The notes beneath the pieces were generated by a model, which made no database searches, had not been told where the DNA came from, and saw nothing but the letters and a program-made list of their open reading frames with translations. The position numbers were made by a program, and so were the translations under genes. From Abditibacteriaceae bacterium (lineage in GTDB: Bacteria; Armatimonadota; Abditibacteriia; Abditibacteriales; Abditibacteriaceae), in NCBI GenBank assembly GCA_965277285.1, contig OZ255721.1, forward strand, positions 2,592,001-2,656,000: a stretch of 64,000 nt of DNA, written 5' to 3'. The first letter of the stretch is position 1. Each line of letters opens with the position of its first letter. Positions 19,665 to 30,000 of the stretch are shown here, in pieces.

Positions 19665-21881
19665 ATGCCAAATCAACTCGCCAACGAGAAAAGCCCCTAT
19701 TTGTTGCAGCACGCGCACAATCCCGTTGATTGGCTGCCGTGGGGCGAAGCCGCCTTTGAACGCGCGCGCCGCGAAAACAAGCCGATTTTTTTGTCTATCG
19801 GTTATTCGACGTGCCATTGGTGCCACGTCATGGAGCGCGAAAGTTTCGAGGTCGAAAGCGTCGCGCAGTTGATGAACCAGCATTTCGTCAACATCAAAGT
19901 CGACCGCGAAGAGCGTCCCGACGTGGATCGCGTTTACATGACGTTTGTGCAGGCGACGACCGGCAGCGGCGGCTGGCCCATGTCGGTTTTCCTGACGCCC
20001 GAACTGAAACCGTTTTATGGCGGCACTTATTTTCCGCCCGATGATCGTTACGGGCGCCCAGGTTTTTCCAGTTTGTTGAAGCATTTGGCGAACGCCTGGC
20101 AAAACGACCGCGACAACATCGAATCAAGTGCGCAAAGCACCGCCAATGCACTGCAAAATTACGCGTCGCTCGACACCAATCGTGATGATTCGAGTACTCG
20201 AAACGACGTCAAATGGCGCGGAATCGCTGACAAATGTTATCGACAAATTGCCGGAAGTTTCGATTCGCAATATGGCGGTTTTGGCGACGCACCGAAATTT
20301 CCGCGTCCCGTGACACATGATTTTTTGCACGCTTACGCACAAGTCAGCGGCGAAAAGCGCGCTTTGTCGATGTCGCTGCGAACGCTGGGTGCGATGTGCG
20401 ACGGCGGCATGAACGATCAACTGGGCGGCGGTTTTCATCGTTACAGCGTCGATGAACAATGGATCGTTTCGCATTTCGAGAAAATGCTATACGATCAGGC
20501 GCAATTGGTGATTTCGTTCCTCGAAGCGCATCAACTTTCCGGCGAAGAATACTTCGCAGTCGCGGCGCGCAACACGTTGGAATACGTTCTGCGCGATTTG
20601 CGGCACCCGCAAGGCGGCTTTTTCGCCGGTGAAGACGCCGATTCTTTGCCTCCAACCGTCGACAATTTGGCTAACATCGAAGGCACGCAGAACCAGAACG
20701 CGCATGGCGAAAGCACACATGGCGAAAAAACACATGAACAAGGCGTGCACAAAGAAGAAGGCGCTTTTTATGTGTGGACGCAAGCCGAAATTGAAAGCGC
20801 GCTGGGCGACGACGCGGCGTTATTTTGCGCCTTTTATGGCGTCAAACCAAACGGCAACGCGCCTCACAGCGGCGATCCGCACGGCGAGTTTCGCGGCAAA
20901 AATATCTTGTATCGCGCGCATCCTTTGAACGAAATCGCCGCGCAGTTCGGTGTCAGTGTGGAAGACGCCTATCGAGTACTCGAACGCGGCGCCAACACAT
21001 TGTTCGACATTCGCGCGCGTCGCCCACGACCGCATCGCGACGACAAAACCATCGCGGCTTGGAACGGCTTGACCATTTCCGCATTCGCGCGCGCGGCGCA
21101 AGTTTTAGACGAACCGCGTTATTTTGAAGCGGCGCAAACCGCGTTCGATTTTGTGTTTGAGCATTTGTGGGACGAGCAAACGAGCAAGCTAAAGCGCCAT
21201 TTCAAAGACGGCGCTTCTGAAGTTTCGGCGTTTGCGGACGATTACGCGTTTCTGGCGCAAGCGTGTCTCGATCTTTATGAAACCAATTTCAATGTGTCGT
21301 ACTTACAGCGCGCTGAAACGTTGATGGAAACTCTCAATCGCGATTTTTGGGATGAGGGAAACGGCGGATATTTCGCGTCGGCGCCGGATGCGAACTTGCT
21401 TTTGCGCTTGAAAGATGATTACGATGGCGCGGAACCTTCGGCTAATTCGTTTGCCGCGCGCGTTCTGTTGAAGTTGTCCGCCCTGCTCGACCGCAATGAT
21501 TTGAGGCAGAAAGCCGAGCAGACGTTGAACGCGTTTTCCGCTCGCCTGTCGCAAATTCCGCAAGCGATGCCGGAACTGTTGTGCGCCGCACTGCAAAGCC
21601 AGACGCCGCCCCAGCACATTGTCATCATAGGCGACAAAAACGCGGACGATACGCGCGAATTGTTGCGCGTAGTACGAATCGAGTACTCGATTTCACGACA
21701 AATTATTTTGCGCGATGAAAACGATGCGTCTTCAATCCAGTTCTGGAACGAACGCGCGCCTTGGACGCAGGCGATGACGCTGCAAAACAAGCGCGCGACG
21801 GCGTATGTTTGCCAAAACTTCGCCTGCCAGAACCCGACGACTTTAGCGGAAGAATTGCAAGTGCAATTGAGCTGTAAATAG
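19665..21881 (+). CDS. Thioredoxin-domain protein, YyaL/SPATA20 (DUF255) family
   Basis: [46 protein letters not shown] and HFEKMLYD motifs. Confidence 0.92.
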   Translation: MPNQLANEKSPYLLQHAHNPVDWLPWGEAAFERARRENKPIFLSIGYSTCHWCHVMERESFEVESVAQLMNQHFVNIKVDREERPDVDRVYMTFVQATTGSGGWPMSVFLTPELKPFYGGTYFPPDDRYGRPGFSSLLKHLANAWQNDRDNIESSAQSTANALQNYASLDTNRDDSSTRNDVKWRGIADKCYRQIAGSFDSQYGGFGDAPKFPRPVTHDFLHAYAQVSGEKRALSMSLRTLGAMCDGGMNDQLGGGFHRYSVDEQWIVSHFEKMLYDQAQLVISFLEAHQLSGEEYFAVAARNTLEYVLRDLRHPQGGFFAGEDADSLPPTVDNLANIEGTQNQNAHGESTHGEKTHEQGVHKEEGAFYVWTQAEIESALGDDAALFCAFYGVKPNGNAPHSGDPHGEFRGKNILYRAHPLNEIAAQFGVSVEDAYRVLERGANTLFDIRARRPRPHRDDKTIAAWNGLTISAFARAAQVLDEPRYFEAAQTAFDFVFEHLWDEQTSKLKRHFKDGASEVSAFADDYAFLAQACLDLYETNFNVSYLQRAETLMETLNRDFWDEGNGGYFASAPDANLLLRLKDDYDGAEPSANSFAARVLLKLSALLDRNDLRQKAEQTLNAFSARLSQIPQAMPELLCAALQSQTPPQHIVIIGDKNADDTRELLRVVRIEYSISRQIILRDENDASSIQFWNERAPWTQAMTLQNKRATAYVCQNFACQNPTTLAEELQVQLSCK

Positions 21882-21912
21882 CGCGAAGAGCATAAGAAAT
21901 AACAATTATAAG

Positions 21913-21991
21913 AAACAACGAACTCCAAGCGTGAGCGGGGGCTGATGTAATTGTCAGTCAGCCCTGCGCTCACGCTTGGAGTTCGTTGTTT
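21913..21991. repeat. REP-like hairpin family B
   Basis: aaacaacgaactccaagcgtgagcg...cgctcacgcttggagttcgttgttt. Confidence 0.8.
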
Positions 21992-22012
21992 TCGTGTCTT
22001 TCGCAGGCTATT

Positions 22013-22273
22013 TTATTTTTGCTTGCGACGAGAAACAAAGCCGAACTGTTGTTCGCCGACTTCTTTGATGGCGCGGCGCACGCGAGCCATGCGACGCAGA
22101 AAAACCCACACCAGCGCCGCGACAGACAGCAACTGAATCGCCGTCCAAATCGCTCCAATTGGCGCGCCCAACGGCAAGCGCGCTCTGACGCGGCTCAGCA
22201 GCCACGTCCACAGTAAGACGAAGCTGACAATAATCACGAGGGTTTCCCAGCGTGGGTGCGAAGGTTTTTCCAT
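22013..22273 (-). CDS. Small two-TM membrane protein
   Basis: Two hydrophobic segments and a basic tail. Confidence 0.6.
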   Translation of the reverse strand: MEKPSHPRWETLVIIVSFVLLWTWLLSRVRARLPLGAPIGAIWTAIQLLSVAALVWVFLRRMARVRRAIKEVGEQQFGFVSRRKQK

Positions 22274-22394
22274 AACGCGCAGTTTATAGCGTCTTCAATA
22301 TCAATTAACCGATTGAGTAGAAACACATGGAGCGGACGCTCATAAGAGAACAGCCATGACGTAAATCAAGTACTCGATTGTCACCAATTGCAGA

Positions 22395-22438
22395 AAAAGA
22401 CAGGGCGTCTCGATTTATTTCGAGACGCCCTGTCTTTT
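22395..22438 (-). terminator. Terminator after prepilin-like gene 1
   Basis: aaaagacagggcgtctcga...tcgagacgccctgtctttt. Confidence 0.8.
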
Positions 22439-22499
22439 CAGCTACCTACGTTCTGTCTTTTCAAACTTCGCGCTGTAGCAAGTGCGCACCAAAAGCGAT

Positions 22500-23336
22500 T
22501 TACTGGTTGTACTTCTTGTCCAGCAAATCCATTGCCGAAACAGCTCCCGCAGGTACGTCATTGCAGTTGATGGATTCCGGGTTTGGCAGTGTGCAGGTGC
22601 CGCCATCAAACCTGCCCCACATACTGTAGCCATTCGCCACGGTCGCATCAGGATGCATCGATTTGACGTGTCCATCGACAAAGAGATAGTTCGAGGTGCC
22701 CAAGTGGCCAGCAAACCCGTTATCTCGCCATGCATTACCACCGTCGGTACCACCGGTCACCCAGTCACTCCACATCAGACCAGGTTCGGACCTGTCGCCA
22801 CCAACGCGCTCGCCGACCAGAATTTTGCGCGAAGGTTCCTGAATGGTGGCCAGGCTCATACCGTGACCCGTTCCATTAGGATCACCAGAGTTAGCCTTGT
22901 TCCATTGATCATCACCAATTTCGTAGTTCATGCCGTAAGAAACCGGGGACTGGCGAACGGGAAATGGGTTCTCGACGCTATCGCCCCAGCCCATCCAACT
23001 GCCGCCATTCGAATTTGAAGGGCACCTGAAAAGGTCAAAGCTCTTGATGTAAGGCTGGGTAACCTGTACCCAGTTATATTCTGCGCCTCGTGCCACGTTG
23101 GGAATCCGCGTGCGCGGTAACTTTTCGTCGTATTCTTGTGTGTATTGCATTATGCCAATACCAATCTGCTTCAGGTTGCTGGAGCAACTCGCACGACGGG
23201 CACTTTCGCGCGCTTTGGCGAAAGCCGGGAACAAAATGGCGGCCAAAATCGCAATAATGGCAATTACGACCAGCAGTTCGATCAGAGTGAAACCCCGACG
23301 GTTTTGGGCGCTTGAAGCGCGCTCTATCTTAAACAT
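22500..23336 (-). CDS. DUF1559 prepilin-type N-terminal cleavage/methylation, H-X9-DG protein, copy 1
   Basis: [40 protein letters not shown] and [15 protein letters not shown]. Confidence 0.92.
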   Translation of the reverse strand: MFKIERASSAQNRRGFTLIELLVVIAIIAILAAILFPAFAKARESARRASCSSNLKQIGIGIMQYTQEYDEKLPRTRIPNVARGAEYNWVQVTQPYIKSFDLFRCPSNSNGGSWMGWGDSVENPFPVRQSPVSYGMNYEIGDDQWNKANSGDPNGTGHGMSLATIQEPSRKILVGERVGGDRSEPGLMWSDWVTGGTDGGNAWRDNGFAGHLGTSNYLFVDGHVKSMHPDATVANGYSMWGRFDGGTCTLPNPESINCNDVPAGAVSAMDLLDKKYNQ

Positions 23337-23378
23337 TGTATTTCTCCTTTTCAGTCCTTTAAGGAATGATTATTTATG

Positions 23379-23410
23379 TATATACCCACTTTGGATAATT
23401 TTCAAACAGG
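23379..23410 (-). promoter_or_regulatory. Conserved upstream element, putative sigma70-like promoter
   Basis: Minus strand cctgtTTGAAAattatccaaagtgggTATATA; near-identical copy at 24485-24516. Confidence 0.5.
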
Positions 23411-23571
23411 CGCGATTGCTTTTCAAAAATCCATAGCAACACTTCGGAATGCCTGAGATGAGTTACTGTATCCTACTGCAAGGTCGGTTTCCTGCATTAT
23501 ATTTAAGTTGTATGTGATAGAACCGCCAACGCAAGCGTCCTACTTCGAGTACTCGATTCGTTCTCAATTAG

Positions 23572-23613
23572 AAAAACCGGTCATCCCAAAAAGAATTGGG
23601 ATGACCGGTTTTT
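23572..23613 (-). terminator. Terminator after prepilin-like gene 2
   Basis: aaaaaccggtcatcccaa...ttgggatgaccggttttt. Confidence 0.8.
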
Positions 23614-23666
23614 GATTGTGTGGCTTGGTTCTCCACCGGCGACTTCAATCGCGAGCAGCGTGCACC

Positions 23667-24443
23667 TTACTGGTTATACTTCTTGTCCAGCAAGTCCATC
23701 GCTGCTATCAATTGCGGTGTCGTCCCGCTGCAGTTGATAACTTCAGGCGGGTTCAGACCGCAAACGCCACCTCGGGTTCCGCCCCACATACTGTAGTTGT
23801 TTGCTACAGTGGCATCTGGGTGCAACGATTTGACATGTCCATCGGCAAACAGGTAGTTCGAGGATCCCAGATGACCAGCAAAGCCATCAGCAAACCACTG
23901 CTGGCCATTCCAGTCATCCCAATACATACCGGGTTCTGCCTTGCTTCCGGGACCGCTTCCGTTGGTGCGCTCTCCAACCATGATCTTGCGCGCAGGTTCT
24001 TGAACTGTAGCCAGGCTCAGACCCGAGATAGTGGCCCAAGCTGGATCACCGAACATGAAGTTATACCCGTACGAGACTGGAATTTGCGGAGCGGGTAGCG
24101 GCATGCCACCTGGCATTGTAATACCGCTGTCAGGGTTCGAGGGACATCTGAAAAGATCGGTGCTCTTGACGTAAGGCTGGATGACCTGTGCCCAGTTGCC
24201 AACACCATTAATTTGGTTGAATGGATAATGTTCGTCGTATTCCTGGGTGTATTGTATCATGCCAATACCGATCTGCTTCAGGTTGCTGGAGCAACTCGCA
24301 CGACGGGCGCTTTCGCGCGCTTTGGCGAAAGCCGGGAACAAAATGGCGGCCAAAATCGCAATAATGGCAATAACGACCAGCAGCTCGATCAGGGTAAAAC
24401 CCCGACGGTTTTGGGCGCTTGAAGCGCGCTCTACTTTAAACAT
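23667..24443 (-). CDS. DUF1559 prepilin-type H-X9-DG protein, copy 2
   Basis: Same motifs as copy 1; first ~70 aa nearly identical and both end [10 protein letters not shown]. Confidence 0.92.
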   Translation of the reverse strand: MFKVERASSAQNRRGFTLIELLVVIAIIAILAAILFPAFAKARESARRASCSSNLKQIGIGMIQYTQEYDEHYPFNQINGVGNWAQVIQPYVKSTDLFRCPSNPDSGITMPGGMPLPAPQIPVSYGYNFMFGDPAWATISGLSLATVQEPARKIMVGERTNGSGPGSKAEPGMYWDDWNGQQWFADGFAGHLGSSNYLFADGHVKSLHPDATVANNYSMWGGTRGGVCGLNPPEVINCSGTTPQLIAAMDLLDKKYNQ

Positions 24444-24484
24444 TGTATTTCTCCTATTCAGTCTCTTTAAGATGACTTCTTATA

Positions 24485-24516
24485 TATATACCCACTTTGA
24501 ACAATTTTCAAACAGG
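24485..24516 (-). promoter_or_regulatory. Conserved upstream element, putative promoter, copy 2
   Basis: tatatacccactttgaacaattttcaaacagg matches 23379-23410 with about 3 differences. Confidence 0.5.
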
Positions 24517-24827
24517 TATTACTAAGTAATATGAACCTTATTTACAACGACACAAATCCTTGCGCCAAAAACCATCTGACAACCGTTGTAAAGTACTTTT
24601 CCCACCCAACGACCCAATGAGGCTCAAGGTGTGCAAAAGCTGATAATGCAGGCATTGGGGTTTTCGTGTTGTCCAGTTAAACGTCACTTTGGGAATGATC
24701 GGAAAAATTTGATCGCTTCCGACGACTTCGCGCGAAAAACAGGGGAGTACGAAGATCTTAAAAATATCTCACGACACGAAAAATTCCAAGACCCTCCTCA
24801 AAATATCTGCAATTGTGCAAAGAATAT

Positions 24828-24869
24828 AAAAAGTAGCGCCCATGTTCATGAACACAGGCGCTACTTTTT
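24828..24869 (-). terminator. Rho-independent terminator
   Basis: aaaaagtagcgcc...ggcgctacttttt. Confidence 0.65.
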
Positions 24870-24943
24870 GTATTCTGGGAGCGACTTCCAGATCGAGCGA
24901 AACGTTTTATTTCGACGGTCTGTCAACATCGGGTTAAGGACCT

Positions 24944-25198
24944 TTAGGGACGAGCGCTTACAGGAGCACCTGGAACTGCGCCTGCTGCGCTTGATGGAGT
25001 AGCGGTTGCTGGCGCATTATCGGTATTGGAAGAGCCGCCGCTGCAACCACCGGCTGCCAGCAGGCACAGCGTCAGGGCTGCCGTGAATAACAGCAACGCA
25101 CGCTGCAAGGTGCGATCTACATTGTGAAAAAGTTTCAATTTACGCCTCCGAGTGAATGAACGACTGGAATATAGGCTTTTACGTGCCTTGGTTTGCAT
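24944..25198 (-). CDS. Possible small lipoprotein
   Basis: Hydrophobic stretch ending LLAAGGC, Ser/Ala/Pro tail, terminator downstream; start uncertain. Confidence 0.45.
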   Translation of the reverse strand: MQTKARKSLYSSRSFTRRRKLKLFHNVDRTLQRALLLFTAALTLCLLAAGGCSGGSSNTDNAPATATPSSAAGAVPGAPVSARP

Positions 25199-25474
25199 CT
25201 CCTAATTCTTCCTGAACTTTGAGGAACTGGCCTCTTGGTCGCACCTCCTGTTGTTTTGTTTTCAACTCTTGCAAACGCTGCAGTATCGCCGCGGACAATC
25301 AACTAAAAATCAACAAGCGCTCGCATTTCGACATATTCTACTAAAAACCAGAAACATAGGCATGATAGTTCTCAACACTGGCCGAGCAAGTCACCAGAAC
25401 ACGTTTTACACCATGAGATTGTTCTCTGCAGGTGTTTGCTAAATTGCGCCTATGGTTTTGGACTGCTTCAATTT

Positions 25475-26788
25475 TCAAGAGTCCAGGTTCGAGAGTCTCG
25501 CTTCGCTGATGGTGTAAAACGAACCGGTGACGCAAACGATATTGCTTCGAGTACTCGAACTTAGCGCGCGTGCAACAGCGGATTGCACAGGAACGACAAT
25601 TTCGACTTGCTGGCAAAACTGGCGCGCTTCGTCGGCGATAACTTGCGCTTCGCAGGCGCGCGGCGAAGTCGATTGCGTGGCCACAATTTGAGTGGCCAAA
25701 GGCGCCAATTGCGCGATCATGGCGCGAAAGTCTTTGTCCTTCAAAATGCCCAGCACCAAAATCAATTCGCTGCCGGAACGTTCGTCCAAAACGCGCCGCA
25801 GTTGATGCGCCAGTTGCGCCGCGCCATCGGGATTATTAGCGCCGTCGAGAACGACCAGCGGATCGTGGCGCACGACTTGAAAGCGCCCGGGAACCGTCGC
25901 AATTGGCGCGATAACGTTTCCGTTCTGAACTGGCAAAGTCCAATTCTCATTGCTTTGAGTAAGTGCCAGACGCGCGACGAAAGCGGTTTGCGCATTCAAC
26001 TTTTGAAAATCGGGCACATCATTCTCAACTTCGGGCTGAACAACATCGAGCGCGTTTTTCAAGTTTTTGGCGTCATTCGAGTACTCGATATTGCGAGAAC
26101 TCCACAGTTTCGCGCCGATTTTGTCGCAATGCGCGCGAAAAACTTCCAGTACATCCGCGCGCGTTTCACTTGTCACAAAAATGCAATTTGGGCGCGCGAT
26201 TTCCACTTTGTCGCGCGCAATTTCAACGTGCGTGTTTCCCAAGCGGTCGCAATGATCGAGCGCGACGTGCGTCACCACCGAAACCAGCGGATTCGTGACA
26301 TTGGTCGCATCCCATTTTCCACCCAGACCGACTTCGACGACCGCGATGTCCACTTTGCGGCGCGCGAAATGAAGTAGTCCCAGCGCTGTCAAAGTTTCAA
26401 ATTCGGTCGGCTGTCCCAAGGTTTCATCGCGCGCGATTTCTTCCAGCAAGGGGCGCATTTCATTGAACAACGCGTCCAATTCGTCATCGGCGATGCTGCC
26501 TGGAAAAAGCTCGTTTGAAGACAAAGAAACGGAATCGAGTACTCGAAGTCGCTCGTTCCAGCGGTAAAGGTGCGGCGAAGTGAACAAGCCGACAGTTTTG
26601 CCTTCATTGGCCAAACGCCGCGCTAAAAATTCGCAAGTCGAACCTTTACCATTGGTGCCGCCAACCAGAACGACGGGATAATTGCGCTGCGGATTGTCCA
26701 AACGAGCAAGGAGTTCGCGCACGCGCTCGAGGCCGGGACGAATGCCAAAACGTTGCAAATGCTCCAGATAGTTTTCAAAAGAAGTCAT
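25475..26788 (-). CDS. folC: Folylpolyglutamate synthase/dihydrofolate synthase
   Basis: GTNGKGST, FTSPHL, VEVGLGGKWDATNV, LDH and PGRFQ motifs; DGANN replaces the usual DGAHN. Confidence 0.92.
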   Translation of the reverse strand: MTSFENYLEHLQRFGIRPGLERVRELLARLDNPQRNYPVVLVGGTNGKGSTCEFLARRLANEGKTVGLFTSPHLYRWNERLRVLDSVSLSSNELFPGSIADDELDALFNEMRPLLEEIARDETLGQPTEFETLTALGLLHFARRKVDIAVVEVGLGGKWDATNVTNPLVSVVTHVALDHCDRLGNTHVEIARDKVEIARPNCIFVTSETRADVLEVFRAHCDKIGAKLWSSRNIEYSNDAKNLKNALDVVQPEVENDVPDFQKLNAQTAFVARLALTQSNENWTLPVQNGNVIAPIATVPGRFQVVRHDPLVVLDGANNPDGAAQLAHQLRRVLDERSGSELILVLGILKDKDFRAMIAQLAPLATQIVATQSTSPRACEAQVIADEARQFCQQVEIVVPVQSAVARALSSSTRSNIVCVTGSFYTISEARLSNLDS

Positions 26789-27047
26789 AACGGAAGATGT
26801 GAGTGGAAGGCTGTGGAAAGTTGTTTGCTGCCCGCGAAGACAGAGTTTGAAATCGCGGTTTCAGAGTTAGTTTTCAAAGGAGGAAACGACGTTGGTAAAG
26901 CAACAAACTGTCCCTTTTAGAACGTTTAGCGAACTGGTCAAACTGATTCTCGGAGGCAGTTTGCCGCGTTGATTGAGAATGGCAAAACAAAAGTTTTATG
27001 ATAACATAAGGAAACTTCCATTTACTTCCACGAAAGGGCTTTCAACC

Positions 27048-30000
27048 ATGAAACTCCCCGCCCGCCTGCCTGCTGTTCCTCGTTGGATTACGTCGTTGTC
27101 ACGTTCGTCTGCTTCCCCTTTATCCGTTTCAAGGTCGCCTGTTTCCCATTTGCCCAGGCCATTGCCTAAGCCGCGTCGTGCCGCTTTCTGGAGTGCTTCG
27201 GCGTTGCTGGCAGTGTCGATTTTGCTGCCTTTGAGTCGCGCTTTTTCTCAACCTTCGGACTCGATTGCGGCGGCACCTTCCGCCCAAGCCGCGCCAGTTG
27301 ATGCGGCGGTCGTAACGCGCTTGAACGCCGACATCGCCGCGCTGACGCAGTTTCCTTCGCGCGCTCCGGGAACTGCAGGTAACACGCAGGCCGCTGCTTA
27401 CGTCGAAAAGCGGATGCGCGAAATCGGCCTGGCAGTTTCGTCCGATTCTTACAACGTCACGGCGCCAGTCACGACAAATGGGCATTCGACATTGACGTTG
27501 AACGGGCAAAGCCTGACGGTTTTCCCGATTTACCCGAACGGCGTCGTGCCATCGTCGGTTCCCACAGGCGGCTTGTCGGCGCCCTTGATTTACGCGCGCG
27601 GCGGGCAACCATCTGACTTCAACGGGCTGACGGTGAAAGGCGCCATCGTCGCGCTCGACTTCAATTCGGGCATGAACTGGATCACTGCCGCCGACTTGGG
27701 CGCGCGCGCCGTTGTCTTCTTGGAGCCGCAAGCGACCGAGGCGAACAGCGCGCCGACTTCGCGCGGTGAGGCAGAACGCAAGTTCGCCGCAGTTTCCGCC
27801 GAAATGCCGCGCTTCTACGCTCCCAAAGTAGCCGCCGACGCGATTCGTGGCGCTCTTGGAAATTCAGCCGCCCTATCGAGTACTGGAAATGGCGCGACGC
27901 AATCCAGCGCGGCGAATGCTCTATCTAACGCCAGCCAGAACAAGATCGAGGCGACGTTGCAATCGCAGGTTTCGTGGCAAAGCGTGCCGGTGCGCAACAT
28001 TCTGGGTCGCTTGCAAGGCAGCGATCCGACGCTTTCCAAGCAAGTCATCGTCATCGACAGTTACTACGATTCGATGGCGATCACGCCCGATCTGGCGCCG
28101 GGCGCCGAAGCTGCGGGAAACTGCGCGGCGTTTTTGGAAATGGCGCGCAGTTTCAAAGCGAATCCGCCCAAATACTCGCTGCTTTTTGTGGCGAACGGCG
28201 CACATCACTTAGCGTTGGCGGGCGCGCGCAATTTTCTCAACCAACACTTCGTAGATTCGACGGGCAAAGGCGCCAAAGCACTGACGGATGAAATCGCGTC
28301 TTATCGCGCCTTTGTCGGCCTTGACTTCACTTCGCGCACCGATACCGTCGGCTTGTTCGCCAAAGCCGCGTTTTACAACCAGTTAGCGAGTGTTGGCAAC
28401 AACCAGGAAAGCATTCTGCTGAACCAGTTCAACGGTTTCGCTAAAACGCTGTACGAAGATTATGCGCAACCCGAAGCCAAACGGCGCGGCGTGCCAATCG
28501 AAGCGTTTTACGTCGATGGCATTCGCGGCTTGAATGGCCGCAACTGGCGTTCATTCTTGCCCTCGTTGGTCGCGCTCGACAGCGAAGCCGCCACATTGAC
28601 CGGCAAGCCGAGCGTTTCGTTTGCGACAGCGAACGACATCCGCACCTTGCAAGATACGCCGTTCGATCTGCCATCATCAATGAACGTTCCGAACGTGGCG
28701 CGCCAGATTGCGACGGTTCAATTCTTATTGGGCAAAGCACTCAATTCGGGCGAGAACGTCAAAGACAATAACTTCCAGGCGTTGACGGATCGCGCGACCA
28801 AGCTGTCGGCGATTTTCGGATATGGCATCGGGCGCGCCATTTCGCGCGATGTGACCAAAGGCAAAATCTCGTTTTTGCCCGATACGCCGGTTCCAAATGC
28901 CGTCGGATACATTCTCAACCGCGCGCAGGATTACAAAACTTATTCCGGCGTGCGCGGCGCCTTCATCGAAAAAGCGCAATACACCAAAGAAACTGCGAGT
29001 GCGCCTTCAGTCGCGCAGTTCTCGTTTATCGCGCCGCGCATCGTTGACCCGAATGGCGGCGCTTATCCCGACGCGCAAATCGAAGCCTATGGCCTGAGCG
29101 ACGACGGCAAAATCGTCTATGCGCCCGATCAGGGTTCGGAAAAAGCACGTTTCAGCGCGACGTTCAACAAAACCAGCGTGGCGCCCGCTTATAAAGATGA
29201 AGCGACGGGCGAACTGAACCCGGACGCGACGACGTTGTGTTTTCACTGTCGCGGCGTCGCGTTATACGACACGCTCGATCAGCGTTATTTCCAGGTTTTG
29301 ACGACACTTTCAGTACTCGATGGGCAAACCGACGCCGAACCGACGCAATACGGCTTTCTTCAGCCGACGGCGGTAACGGGACAAGGAACCCTCGAGCCAA
29401 TTGCGGTTGTTTATGGCCCGCCGTCTGTTGTCGATCCCAAAACTGGGGTTCGCAACACGACGCATTTGAAAGTGATTATGGCGCAGGGTTTGTTGGGCAA
29501 GCGCCTGGTTTTGCTCAATACGCTCCCGAGCAGCGGCGTGTGGTCTGGCAAGGTTCGCCCAAACGGTGTCGGCGTCGATGTCCCGCAAATCGACGATCCT
29601 GTTAGCGCCGTTGTGCCGACGCTTTCGTTCGCCGTCGCACGCGATTTGTGGCAACTCGATCAACAACGCATTCATTTATTGAAGCAATTCGGCATTAGCA
29701 ACCAGCGCGTAGACGCTTTGCATGGCGCGGTTGGCTGTGGGGTTGATTCAAAAATAGCGGGACAATTCGCTTGTCCGACCGATGCGTTAGCGGAGCCAAA
29801 CGGTGGCGCGATTCAGCTCGCAGCGACGGCTCTGCAAAACAAACAATTCGATCAGTTTTATGCACAGTCACGTCGTGCTTTCGGATTGGAATCGCGCGCT
29901 TATCCCGATGTCGAGGCGACAGCGCAAGATGTCTTGAAAGGCATTCTGTTTTATCTGGCGCTGTTGCTGCCCTTCTCGTTTTTCCTCGAGCGAATACTTT

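Noticed and set aside
24520..25470. ncRNA or riboswitch in the long AT-richer spacers around the small lipoprotein ORF
   Set aside because: No recognisable conserved structure beyond one terminator; an Rfam search would be needed.
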